Of a stretch of DNA of 64,000 nt, positions 13,240-25,413 are shown in pieces. The stretch covers positions 2,484,127 to 2,548,126 of the forward strand of contig MU053594.1 in assembly GCA_013239625.1 (NCBI GenBank), given 5' to 3'. Source of the stretch: Lama guanicoe. Its lineage: Eukaryota. The notes below the pieces were generated by a model. That model had not been told where the DNA came from, ran no database searches, and was given only the letters and a program-made list of their open reading frames with translations. A program made the position numbers and the translations under genes. How positions within the stretch are numbered: the first letter of the stretch is position 1; every line of letters begins with the position of its first letter.

Positions 13240-14200
13240 AATGGATTTAAATGCCATCGATATATAGATGATGTTCAAATGGATATCCTGAGCCCGACCT
13301 GTCCTGGACTTTAAGCTTGGATGTCCATCTATGTGAAGACACTTGGATGTCTAGTAGACATTTCGACTCCACATGTCCAAATCTGGACTCCATTCTTCTC
13401 TTCCATATTTGTTTATCTGAAGCATTCTTATCTCAGTCGATGGCAACTCCATCCTTCTAGCTGTCCAGTCTCAAAGCTATAAGTCATCCTTGGTTCCTCC
13501 CTTTCTCTCATACTTCAGTCTATCCTTTAGGACTTTCCAACCATGCTACCTACAAAATACACTCAGAATCTGCTGACTTTAGACCAGTCTATATCCACAC
13601 AGCAGCCAAAGTTATCCTTTAAAAAAAGAAAGTCTAATTGCTTCACTTCTCTTCTCAGAATTGTACGATGGCTCCCCAGTTTACCCAGAGTAAAAGCCAA
13701 GGTCTTTACAATGGATCCCACATAACCTTGCTCCACCAGACCTCTGATCTCATCTCGTAAGACACTCTTGTACTCCAGCCAGTTTCTGAAATACATCAAC
13801 CAACCGACTCCTGCCTTAGAACCTTCACATTGGCTGTCCACTCTACCTGGAATATTCTTCCCCCAGCTATCCACATGACTAAATGCCTTCATCTCCTTCA
13901 AGATTTGGCTCAAATGTCATTTCCTCAATGAGAGCATATTTAAACTTGCACCTTCCCCATAAAAAATTCCCAATCCCCTTTGCTCTATTTTACTTTTCTG
14001 TTCTATGTAGCCCTTGTCACTTTATAATGTCTTACATAATTTTTCCAAGTTTATTGCTTATTGTCTCTCTTTCCCTTACTAGACTGTAAGTTCCACGAGG
14101 GTAGGGACCTTTGCTTGGTTTTACTCATTGAAACATCTTTAGTGTCAATGCCTATAACAGTGTCTGGCACCTAGTAGGCCTTCAGTAGATATTTGTTGAA
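13240..14200 (+). mobile_element. L2 (L2a-like) 3' portion
   Basis: cacttggatgtcta...catgtccaaa...agagtaaaagccaagg...tagactgtaagttccacgagggtaggg...tctggcacctagtagg...atatttgttgaa. Confidence 0.85.
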
Positions 14201-14234
14201 AGCCTCTTTTTTTTTTTGGTTAAGAATAATGAAA

Positions 14235-14505
14235 ATGTTGAAGGTCTTGAAAATCAGGCTGTAAAAATGGATACTTTATGTTGTAAGTTATGGAAACCAT
14301 TAATATTTTTGAGCAGGAGTGTAGCATGAGTTTATCATATTTTTAGGAAGATTTGGAATCCTTTTTTTGAAGATTAATCTGAGGGCAGATTGCAGGATGG
14401 GTTGAGGATGAGGAAGCAGAGAGGATGGGAAGTGACAAAACAGAGGCAAATCAGAAACATTGGAAGTGACAAGGAAAAAGGCAGATTTCAGAGAACTTTC
14501 AAAAG

Positions 14506-14538
<33 letters not shown>

Positions 14539-15030
14539 CTACCATGATCAAGAAGAGAAATCAAGAAGGCAGGGAAGAGGGTTGGTTTGGATGTGGAAAG
14601 AAGAGCTGTTTTGAATATGTTGACTTCGAGGCTGTGGTGGCTTAATCGAGTAGAAATACCGTATAGATAGGGCGAGAACTTTGACCAGGTTAGACCTGTA
14701 CATCTAAGAAGCATCTTTACAGCTATGGTAACTAAAACTACGGAAATCAACGTCTCCAAGGAAGGTTTTGTAGCAAAACAGAGTAGAAATCCAAGCACCA
14801 AGCCTTAGGAAAAGGCTAGTTTTGATGCCTAGGGGAAGGCAGGGGCTGCGGATGGCAGGGGCAGGAGAAGTGGGAAGGAGTGGACAAAAATGTAGACATG
14901 TGATGTGATGTAGCAGAGTGGTAGCAACTGGGAAATGAACGGAAGAGGGGCTGTAGAGAAACGGGAATAATCAGCCGTGTCAATCATCTGGTACCTAGTA
15001 GCTGCTCAATAAAGACTTGTGGAGTGAATA
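14235..15030 (-). mobile_element. L2 fragments with (CA)n at 14507-14536
   Basis: tttttgagcaggagtg...tttttgaagattaatctg...gttttgaatatgttgacttcgagg. Confidence 0.6.
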
Positions 15031-17536
15031 AAATGCCTGAGAGAAATTGAGGAAAATGAAGGCAGAGAAAGACCATAAGGTTGGAAAGGTGGAGATCTTT
15101 AGAATGTGGGAGAGAGCAGTTTCAGAAGAGGTGGGGATGAGCCCTTTCTCTGGGGCTTCATGGGAGCATGAGACGTAAACAAAATAGAAACAATAGGGAT
15201 AAACCGTGCTCTGAAGCAAATACAAAAAAGCAAATACATTTTACACAGTACGTAAGGTGTGTTAAAATAAATTTTAAATGAGAGATGGAACCTAGTAAAA
15301 ATTCTTTGAACTATCACCTGGATTATTCTTCAGGCTTTTGAGAATTCTCAAAAGTTCCTTAACCTACCCTACCCTCCTTTTGTTTTTTTTTAAAAAGAGG
15401 AGTGATATTTAGAGTTTAAAAATGTTGCCAGTATTCCTACTCTCAAACATTTCTCCCCCACCCTGTGCATTGTGTCTATTTAAAGAATCCACACCTGCAT
15501 AAACCAGGAGCACTTAAGAGTTTTTATTCAAATACTCTAGATACAAACTTGCATTCAGATCAGTTGTTGAGAAAACAAGATGTGTGTTTCCAGAGAAAAA
15601 GCTCAAGCAAATTTACTGCTAAGAATCAACTTACCTTTTATAGAATTTGGGAAAAAAAATTCGTGCTTTTGTCTATTACAACCCTGTATATGCAGCAAAT
15701 TGTCTCAGTCCCGCCCTCTCCTCATTCCTGACCCCTCTGATGAATTTCACCCTCCTTAGATTTAATGATGCTGTTGCTTTAATAGTGGTTCTGAAAATTA
15801 AATATTTTCTCCATCAAATCAACTCATATATTTGGAAACTGGCAATTTGAAATGTGAGCGATTCCTAAACTGTTTTCAGTCATTAAATATCAAATACATT
15901 TATGATATCTGATACACCTTATTTTACTACTTTTGATGACATTCTCTGGGATGCATTGTTTTGCCTTTACATTCTTTAGTCTCCAAGCAGGTTTGGAGGG
16001 AATAAAGAGACAGTTTGAAACAAAAAGAGGATAAAAAAAAAATCCCATAGCTTTAGAAAACAATTTAAATTTTGAATTACAGCATTAGACAATGGTAAAA
16101 TTAAGATAATAGATGATGTCTCTCTGAGTTGTAGTCTCTCAGGGCATGAAATACAGGCACACTCTCACTCCAGACAGAGCAGAGGAACAATCTTGAATGC
16201 TGGACTACTGGTGGACTGCATCTGTGTTTGTTCTACTTCTCTGCCCGTCAGGGAATTGCCAAGAATGAGGTCCCGGATGGGCCAGTGGGGATACAGTGAG
16301 TTGGCCCACTGTCTGGCTTAGGTGCTGGCCCTGGGGCTGTGGGTACCCCTCTCCTTACCCCACTAACATAGCTCAGCCTGTCTTGCTGAGGGCCAGAGTT
16401 CTCTCCCCAAGGAGAGGCAGATGCCCACGTAGTGCTAGCTCTACACCCACTGGAGGCTCAGCGTTGGTGGTTCTCCTTCTAATCTGGGGAGAGGATACCA
16501 CACTAATGTTATGATGGGAAACCTCTAGGAGAATACAAGGGAAAATGAGTCCAGCAATTAACCTTGAAATATTCAAAACATTCATTAATACATATTACTT
16601 ATGAAATGTTACATTAGAAGTAATGACTGAAATTTTTAAAGTGGAGCCAAATTAGCTGCTGGGTTAGGATTTTGTAGAAGTTTGGTTTGCCCATCCCTTA
16701 GGCACCCACAATTCCCTCCTGATAGCCACCCCGCCCCCCACCCCTTCAGCCTCAGAGCTGGATCCCAAAACTTAGCACTTCTGTCAATAACCAATTCCAT
16801 ATTGCAGAAGGGAGATGCTCTCTTGGCTCCATTTATCTTTTGGGATCAGACTTTGAGGAGCTGTGGTGTATTAAAAATACTAATTTTTCTTTCAAGCCAC
16901 TTTACAAAGCATTTCATCATTTACTAACATTTAAAATGCAAAGTTTTTAGTCTCAGAATTGTTCCTGAAAGGGTTTACTCTGTCTTGACACTAACATTTG
17001 TATCCTTAGAGTGGACAAACCAGGAAAGATCTATATACAGTTTGAATTCATGAAATAAAAGCACTTTCTTACCATGTGTATGTAGAAAGTCCTTCATTCT
17101 TAATCTTAAGAGCAAGATGCATGAATAAAAGATATTTCAAGTTCTATATAAATGTGGATTCCTCTCCAGCACTTTCCTTATAACTGAAGGCTTTTAAGTT
17201 GTTACATTTAATATGAAAAGAATGCTTTAATATCCAAGTTTTCATTTGATAAAAATAATCTTCAATAGAATTGATCTTTCAGAAAACATATCTCCGTAAA
17301 CTCTACACCACAAAATAAATCTAACAATTAGTCATCAAATGTAACTAGAATTATGAAACTCTTACCACAAGTTCTAAATTGTTGGTCTCTGGTCTATGTT
17401 TTCATACTTTTATGTATTCTAGCCTGAGTTAGGGCTATTTCTTTTTGTCCTTTGTTTATGTATGACTTTGTGATGTCAAAGTAAACGTTAGGATTATTAA
17501 AGTTAAAAAAATTTTAAATAATTGACATTGACTCAC

Positions 17537-17546
17537 CACTTTCCAT
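17537..17546 (-). CDS. POU2AF2: POU2AF2 (C11orf53/OCA-T1) exon 1, coding part (M-E-S plus first base of V)
   Basis: Minus strand reads ccagcATGGAAAGTG|GTGAGT: strong Kozak (A at -3, G at +4) and a consensus donor at 17536-17531. The phase-1 end joins exon 8745-8636 in frame to give MESVPGDYSKR, the N-terminus I recall for the long isoform. No upstream ATG in 17547-17700 on this strand. Confidence 0.85.
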
Positions 17547-17780
17547 GCTGGATGGTTCTGGTGAATTTCCTTCTTAACAGCAATGTAGGATTTTTGGTGA
17601 ATGGTGTATTTTCCTTGATAAGGGCTCCTGGTTAGCCTGATTCTGATGGGAAAGGCTTCTGTACACGGTAGTGATGCTTCTGAAATGACTTGCTTTTGAT
17701 TTGATTAAATGCAAATCCTTTGGTGTCTGTTTCTCTACAATTTGCATCACCAGTGTAGATTATAGATGAAGATACTTTTT
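17547..17780 (-). promoter_or_regulatory. Putative POU2AF2 5'UTR and proximal promoter with two octamer motifs
   Basis: ATGCAAAT at 17709-17716 and ATTTGCAT at 17740-17747, 160-200 bp upstream of the ATG; GATA site TGATAAG near 17616; unique non-repeat sequence. TSS cannot be fixed from sequence. Confidence 0.6.
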
Positions 17781-18162
17781 TTTTTTCTGTCTCCAAGAGG
17801 ATTTTTATTCCGTAGCAATGACTTTCCATTGGGAACAAACACTCTTAAAGGTTTATTATGGAAACAAGGAATCCATTCTTTGTTTTACAAATAGCAGTGG
17901 CATCTTCTATCCCTTTAATACAGTTAGGTTTTTAAAAATATTATGTATGAAAAAGCCATTATTTCCCAGTAGGAAATATTGGTACTATGCCATTAATGCT
18001 GAGTTATGGGTACATGGTTTTTAAAAGCTAGAGTTTTTTCAGATATGGATGGAATTCTAGGAAGATATTTTTATTTAGGAATAAAAATCAAAATGTATAT
18101 CACTTTAATACAGTAAGATAGCCTTTTTATTATATATAAAACAAAAACATATGATCTGCAGC

Positions 18163-18780
18163 AGAGGTTCCTAAATTTGGCAGTATATCAGAATCACCAG
18201 TGAGCTTGTTGAAAATAACATTTGCCTTGCCCCCATCCAATTCTAATTCAGAATCTTTTGAACTAGGGGCCAGACAGCTATATTTTAAAACAAACTTTCT
18301 GATTTTTAAAGTGAGTATTCCCCCCTCCAGTTTTATTATGTAGAATTATTACAGCTCAACTGCACGTACACATTATATTGCATGTAAATACATATAAACA
18401 ATATACTGCACATTTTTAAATTTTTCATATATTACTAATTATTGTTTCTAAGAACAGATTAGGTCTTTAGCCTTTTAAACTTACATAGTTATCAAAGGAA
18501 TAAAGCCAACTACAAAATAAGAAACAACAGAACGCGGTAATCCAATCATAAAGGGCAGTCAGGTGTGCTTACACATATTCAAAAAATCAAAATCAAAATT
18601 AGTTCATTTGTGTCCTTATTAATATTGTAATTATTTTTTAGACTCTTCACATAAATGATGTCATATGGAATTTTTCCTTCTCTTTCTGGCCCACTTCACT
18701 TTGAATGACAGTCTTCAGATCCATCCATATTGCTGCAAATGGCATCTTTTTTGATGCAACATCAGTGTGAACTCCTCTAG
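18163..18780. mobile_element. MER5-like MITE, apparently split by a composite insertion at 18303-18746
   Basis: Left part cagaggttcctaaa...tatcagaatcacc...aattcagaatct; probable right remnant tgatgcaacatcagtgtgaactcctctag. Confidence 0.55.
18596..18746 (-). mobile_element. L1 3' region fragment
   Basis: agttcatttgtgtcc...ccttctctttctggcccacttcactttgaatgaca...ccatccatattgctgcaaatggcat. Confidence 0.85.
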
Positions 18781-19039
18781 AGCAAAATTTAAGGAAACCA
18801 AATTTGGGGTACTCTCTGACATTTCCCTCATTTATTTTTACCTACAATTGCTGCTTAAGCTAATTTTAGTTTTGTCTCTCAGTGCTGAGCTGAGTTAGTC
18901 CCTGGACACCTCCCAGGTTGTTCTGGATTTGTGTAACACCTGGTATTTCAGGTCTTCAAATGGATGGCTCATCTAGTGGTCCTCCAGCCCAGCTTCGTTA
19001 CGCTGTTACTCCATGTCAGACAAATGGAATCCAGACAAC

Positions 19040-19730
19040 AGTGGTTGTGTTCTGCTCAAAATATGTTCTGGAGATCCTCAGAGGTCCCAGAGACCGGTCT
19101 GGGAGATCTACAAAGTTCAAATTGATTTCATAATAAAACTAATAAGTTATTTGCCTTTTGCACAGGGAACTATGTTCAATATCTTGTAGTAACCTATAGG
19201 TTACTATAATGAAAAAGAATATATAAATGAATACATATGTATAGGGATGACTGAAAAAAATTGCACTGTACACCAGAAATGGACACATTGTAACTGACTA
19301 TACTTAAGTTAAAAATAAGTTATTTGCCTTTTCCTCTCTCGGGAATGTCCAGAAGAGTTTTCTAGAAGCTACAGGACGTGTGATATTGTAACAGATTCAG
19401 TGGAGAAGCAGATACGAGATACCAGCTGTTTTTTCGAAGCCAGATGTTCAGGAGATTTGTAAAATTATAAAGCAGTGTCCTCCTTCTCAATAAATTTGTT
19501 TGGGGTTTGGAAAGCATAGTTATTTTTTATTAAAAAGTTATTTATGTTGACCTGTTATGGTTTATTGCTGTATTTTAAGTGAATAATAAATATTTTAAAT
19601 AGTACTAGTTTTAATTTACAATGTAATAAGTATATGTGAATATAAGTCCTATAAAAAAGCTGTTTGATGTCCTCAATAATGTATAAGAGAGTAAAGGGGT
19701 TCTGAGACCAAATAGCTGAAAACACTCATT
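19040..19730 (+). mobile_element. hAT-Charlie DNA transposon remnant
   Basis: agaagcagatacgagataccagctg...aagccagatgttcaggagatttgtaaaa...gtaaaggggttctgagaccaaa. Confidence 0.7.
19160..19313 (+). mobile_element. Short L1 tail with 19-bp TSD, inside the Charlie element
   Basis: TSD aataagttatttgcctttt at 19141-19159 and 19314-19332. Confidence 0.9.
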
Positions 19731-21941
19731 TAGAAGAACATCAGTAGTTTAAATGGGTTTCTAGAGTGTTCTAAGAAATTTGTGTCTGTGTTTCTCTTAC
19801 TAGGAGAATACACCTTTTATGATTTCTACTTTTCTAAAAGAAAACCCAGAAGACAAAATTTGTCTCAATTGCCCAGTTTTCAGCACCTATTTTCTTTACC
19901 CCGTTAAGCAAATAAGAAGAAAGAGGACAAGCAAAACCACACGGATCCCATAGCCCCTGATTTGTATCCTTTTCCAAGCAGCTATGTCTTCCTGGGCATC
20001 CCAGTTCATTCCTGCTTACTCTTTGGACCAGTAGCTCTATATTAAAATAAAATATAAAAATTTTAAGTGACAGTAAATTCTCCAAGCATGTAGATTCTTC
20101 TCAACACTGTAGTTTTAAAAGAGTTGGAACATTATAAACCTTTCAAGCAGAATGGAACTACTTTAAAACAGAGATACAGTATGTGTTGCTGATAGAATGA
20201 AGTCCAACCTCCTTAGCATAGTGTCTGAGGTTCTCTATGATCTGCGTTCATCCCACTTTCCCTCTTGTCTGTCATTTCTTCCTTCCACACAGCCTCTATC
20301 CCAATGCACAGTGTGGTCCTGGATCACCTGCCTCAAGAATTACCTGCCACACTTAAAAAATGCAGTCTATTCTAGATTTACTGACTCAGAATATCTGGCC
20401 ATCATGCTGGATAATTTGCATCATAAACAAGACCCCCCTCACGTTATGATTCTTGTTAAATCCTGAAGGCTGAGGGTCCACGCTCTAGCTATAACTGATA
20501 ACTCGGGAGTTTTCAAGATTCAGCACAAATGCTCCTTTCTCAAGGTAGTTTGCTTGCTGATTCACCAGAATGGATTCAATGACCCATCTCATGGTGCTTC
20601 CTGGTTGAGTCTCTGTAATAACATTGATTTCCCTTCTGGTCAGTGGTTTGCATAGCCATCCTCCAACCCCAACCAGATTGTGTCCCTCTTCTTCTCTGTA
20701 TTCCCACGGCTCTTGACTGTTCCTGGTGCTGTGCACATGGCAGGTCCCCAGAGCATCGGCCATGCTGGACTCCGCTATAGAATTCATCAGAGGTGACGGT
20801 TTTGGTGTACGAGCAGCAATAAGAGATAGAGCATAGAGGAGGGGATTCCATTATTTTTCATGGTAGAGAAACGTTACACAAGTATAGCCTTTCTCTTTCC
20901 ACAAACTGAACACAACACTGAAGAGTCTATAACTATCTCCCGTAGGCTGATCCTGCATCCAAAACTAAAGGACGTACTGATTTCCTAGAAGAAGTTTAAT
21001 GTAGAAATGGTATCCTGTAGAAGCATTTCATAGATTAGACATCATTGGAAGAGCTGAAATGCATTGAAATTGATTTGCAATAGTGACAGCCTTGGGCTTT
21101 AAAATACCTTCTCGTACAGCTGCTGTATTTGCATAGAACTTCAGAGTTGTTTACCTAGAATTAAATACATTTAAAAAGAAATCCCAGAAAGGTTGCTTTC
21201 TTACCCCAAGGAAACAAGACTTCTGCAGATTTGAGTGGATGGCTGTTGCTGGAAAGATGTGGGCTGGCATTAGGTTTTGCCTGTGTTTGCTTCCGTTGCT
21301 CAGACACACAGCACATGCACAGTCAGGCAGGTCGCTGGGTCAGAAAGTAAGGTCTGATGAAGGTCTGGAGCAGCCTATTAAGAAGGAGGGGGGAAAACAA
21401 GGGTAAGTTTAGGTAGAATAAACAGGAATTTAGACAATGCAGGCAGGATTTGTATTTGTCCCCTTTATCTTGTATCAGAACACCCCTCAGATTCTTCCAA
21501 ATACAGCGTTTCTGTATCAGCTTCCCTATTCATTCTATGGCTGGGCACCTGCTGTTTGGATTGGATGGCTCTTGACAACTTGGCTGGGGGCTTCACTGAA
21601 AAATCTTCTATAAGGCAGTCACGGTGGATGTAAGGGTGTGGGGGGCAGGTGAGAAGGACCCCACAGCAGGCAGGTCAAGGTGGGGAGCATGGGCCCTCTA
21701 TTTCTTGTATGCTGCTTTTGTTCCAAGCTTTTCTTATTTCCAAGCCCTGTTTATGAGGGAGGGTTGAAGGGAGCAGTTAAAGCCACTCAGTATTTTGGGC
21801 TCCAATGCATGGTGCATAGGGGCTCAGGGACACCCTCACTACAGGGTGCACGAGCAGAAAAGAGAGGATTCCATGGGGAGGCAGAGGTGAAATGTGCTAA
21901 TAACATGTGAGATGCCTCTTATGTGGAGAAAAGAATGGGCA

Positions 21942-22430
21942 TTGTGACATAATCAATATACATTTGGTCTCTGCCCTTGGTTCTTGACACAGAGTTTCAA
22001 AAACCCTTAGAATTTCCTGGATGATAGGAGTGTCTTTTGTTCTAATGAGGCGGCACTTGGTGGGCTCCTGGGTAACTTCAGAATAGGGGCTTGTCCCCAG
22101 AAAGACCAAGTATGACTAAAAGTTTGGAACTTTCAGCTCTACTGCTTATCCTCCTGGGGCAGGGAAAGGGGCTGCAGGTTGTTCATGCCTGCATGATGAA
22201 GCCTCCATAAAAAGCCCTAAACTAAAGGGTCCAGAGAGCTTAAGGGGTGGCGAACACATCAAGGTGCTGGGAGGGTGGCACCCCACCCCTTGCACTGTGC
22301 ATCTCTTCCATTTGACTGTTTCTGAGTTGCATCCCTTATAATAAACGTGTAAGAGCAAGTAAACTGTTTCCCTGGGTTCTATGAAAGATTCTAACAAATT
22401 ATTGAACCTGAGGAAGGAGATTTGGAGATT
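21942..22430 (+). mobile_element. MER21-like LTR
   Basis: tgtgacataatcaatatacatttggtctctgcccttggttcttgacacagag...ccagaaagaccaag...ctgagttgcatcccttataataaac. Confidence 0.75.
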
Positions 22431-22569
22431 ATTATCCCTGCCCTCAAAGTGCTTACTGTGCACTTTAAATGGTTTCTCAACCATTTAAAAAGTCATGTTT
22501 CTTTTGGTTAAACATTAAAAATCTCATCCTAAAGATTCAGAAAGTGGCAACTTCCTCTTTATTTTTTCT

Positions 22570-22670
22570 ACCCCCACTTCCTCTCTTCTTCCTCTCCTCC
22601 TTCTCTTCCTACTCTTCTTCCTCTTCCTCCTTCTCTTCCTACTCTTCCTCCTCTTCCTCTTCCTCCTTCT
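22570..22670. repeat. Polypyrimidine (CTT/CCT) low-complexity tract
   Basis: ttcctctcttcttcctctcctccttctcttcctactcttcttcc... Confidence 0.9.
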
Positions 22671-22827
22671 CAGTGGGAAAAAAGTAATTCTATTCAAATT
22701 AAGGTAATTCAAAGAAGAGTATAGTGCTCTAATATTGGCACAAAATGTCTATGAGTTGCCTGGAGAAGGTGTTCAGAAGGCAGTAAGGGCTCTTAGAGAA
22801 GGAAGCATTTCAACCAAGTCTTAAAAA

Positions 22828-22828
<1 letters not shown>

Positions 22829-22867
<39 letters not shown>
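22829..22867. repeat. (TG)n microsatellite
   Basis: Direct reading. Confidence 0.95.
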
Positions 22868-22869
<2 letters not shown>

Positions 22870-22870
<1 letters not shown>

Positions 22871-25140
22871 TAAGGAAAAGTTTCCTATTTACCCATCCCT
22901 TCTACCCTATAGATAATCATCATTATTAGTTTCTTGAGTATTTTTCCAGTGGTTCTTTATTCATTTACTCGTAAATACAAATATAAATTCTTATCTGGCT
23001 CCCAGCTTCTATGCGAAAGTGAGCCCACTTTTCTTCCACCTTTCAATTTTTGCTTCTTAACTTAATTGTCTTGGAGATTAGCCTTTTAAATTTCTATGTA
23101 GTGCTCCTTTGTATGAGCGTACCATCATGAATTGAATCATTTTCCTACTAATGAACATTTGAGTTGTTTCCAATCTTCTAACACAAACATTGCTACCATA
23201 GATAATCTTGGACATCCAACATGTCATCTGTAGTCAATTGTACATAATAGAATAGATCCTCAAAGTGGAATTGCTGGATCAAAGGTAATGTACATTTATT
23301 TATTTAAGTTTTAATGTTTATTAAATTTTTTCCTAGTTTTATTGAAATAGAATTGGCATATTACATCGTATAACTTCAAGATGTGCAACATAATGACTTG
23401 ATATGCATATACATTGGAAGGTTATATGCATTTTAAATCTTGAGACATACTGTCAAATAACAGTGTCCTTGTAACCAATTTCCCTCCTGCCAGTAATGGT
23501 AGGAGTGTTTCCTACATCCTCACTGGTAGTATGTGTGGTAGGGGGAATGGTCCCCTCACCCCCACCACCCCAAGATGTCCGAGTCCTAATCTCTGGAAAC
23601 TGTGACCATGTTTAAATTACAGGACAAAGAGGAATTAAGGTTATTCATCAGAAGACCTCAAGATGGGGAGATTTTTCTGAATTATCTGTGTGGACACAAT
23701 GTAATCACAAAGGTCCTTGAAAGTGGAAGAGAGAATTAGAGTGAGTCAATTAGAGGAAGGTGTGACTGTGGAACAAACATATAAAGTGATGCAATGTTGC
23801 TGGTTTTGCAGATGCAGGACTAAGACCACCAACAAAGGAATGTGGGCAGCTCTTCCAGAAGCTGGAAAAGAGCAAGGCTTGGATACTGTGCTAGAGTCTC
23901 CAGAAGGGAACACAGCCCTGCTGACACCTTGATTTTAGCCCAGCGAGACCCATGTTGGACTCTAACCTATACAACTGTAAGATGATTAATTTGTGTTGCT
24001 TAAACCTTTAAATTTGTGTGATTTGTCACAGTAGCAATAGAAAACTAATACATTGCATCGTCAGATGTATAGATCTTTGCCAATCTAAGTGATAAATGTT
24101 ATTTCAGCATGGTTTTAATGTACATTTCCCTTATTATGAGTGAAATTGAGCATCTTTTTACATATTTATTTCCTTCTCTGTGACCTGCCTCCTTTCTTCA
24201 TTGGGTTGATTATTCCTCATTTTATCAAAAGCTAGGGATATTCTATAAATTGAGATCAGTTCTTTCTGTGATATGAATTGCAAATAATTTCCCCCAGGTG
24301 GTCATTATCCTTTGAGTCTGTAATGGCTTTACTTTCTATATTTTTTTTTTTGCATAGAATTTTTATTTTTATTTAGAAAGATTTATCAATCTTTTCTCCA
24401 AGTTTTTGAGTGAAAAAGGCCTTTTTTTTCTTCTAGTTTTTGAGTGAAAAAGGCCTTTTCTTGTACTAGGTTTATAAAGGAATTCTCCCATATTTTTCTT
24501 TAGTATTTTTTATTATTTACTTTAAAACACTTAAATCTTGAATCCAATTGGAATCCAGATGGCAAAACTATTTTTAAAATAGTTAATCTTTCCTACACTG
24601 ACTAGAGGTGATTTTTTTTATCATAATCCAAATTGATTTCTACATATTAATTTGACACCTTTCTGTTAACAAATTTCTTATTGCTTCTAGTTTTGGAGTG
24701 AGTTGTGTTTTTCAAATATTTGATCATATCATCTGGGGATGTTTTAGGTAAATTAAATGTCCATAGAAAATTATTTTCAAATTTACTTGTGCAGAGTCAG
24801 ATGGAGTAGATTATTATGACTCTTTTCATTTCTTCTTTATGTGGGGCTGGTTTCTCACATTCTTTTTACGTAGATTGGTGCTTTACCTTTTTCTTTACTA
24901 GTTTGGCTGGTAGTTTATTCATTTTTAAAGAACTTTTTTTGCATTTATTCATTAGTTCTATTTTCTATCTTGTTACTTTCTGCTTTATCAGTTTTTACCT
25001 CCACTTTCCTTTGGTGAATTATGTTCCTTTCCTAACATCCTGTGTCCTCTTCCTGACTTTCCTAACTCGCTGATTAGTACATTTGTTTTAATCCTTCTCC
25101 ACTTCCTGAGCTACTATCCTGATAGTTATGACTTAAACAT
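22870..25140 (-). mobile_element. Old L1M fragments, interrupted by an MLT1 LTR
   Basis: gaacatttgagttgtttccaat...aagtggaattgctggatcaaagg; ggttttaatgtacatttcccttattatgagtgaaattgagcatcttttt. Confidence 0.7.
23534..24051 (+). mobile_element. MaLR LTR (MLT1D-like)
   Basis: aagatgtccgagtcctaatctctggaaactgtga...agaagctggaaaagagcaagg...cagccctgctgacaccttgattttagccc...gcaatagaaaactaataca. Confidence 0.85.
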
Positions 25141-25284
25141 TAACTGTCAAATTCGATGGCTTTCCTCCATCTGCATTATCCTGGGGTTCTCTTTGTCTCT
25201 GGCATAGTTGCCCCTTGTTAAGAATCCTTTCTTTTTTCTCCCAGGACACTGAGCACTTCTGATTTTGCAGCTTTTCAGATAAGT

Positions 25285-25413
25285 TTTCTTTTTCTTTCTT
25301 TCTTTTCTTTCTTCCTTTCTTCCTTTCTTCCTTCCTTCCTTCCTTCCTTCCTTCCTTCCTTCCTTCCTTCCTTCCTTCCTCTCTTTCTTTTCTTTCTTTT
25401 CTTTCTTTCTTTT
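25285..25413. repeat. (CCTT)n/(CTTT)n microsatellite
   Basis: Direct reading; explains the KEGR-repeat ORF 25147-25488. Confidence 0.95.

Noticed and set aside
24401..24459. 25-bp direct repeat (similar short repeats at 11257-11296 and 38890-38918)
   Set aside because: Only two or three units with no spacer structure; ordinary slippage, not CRISPR-like.
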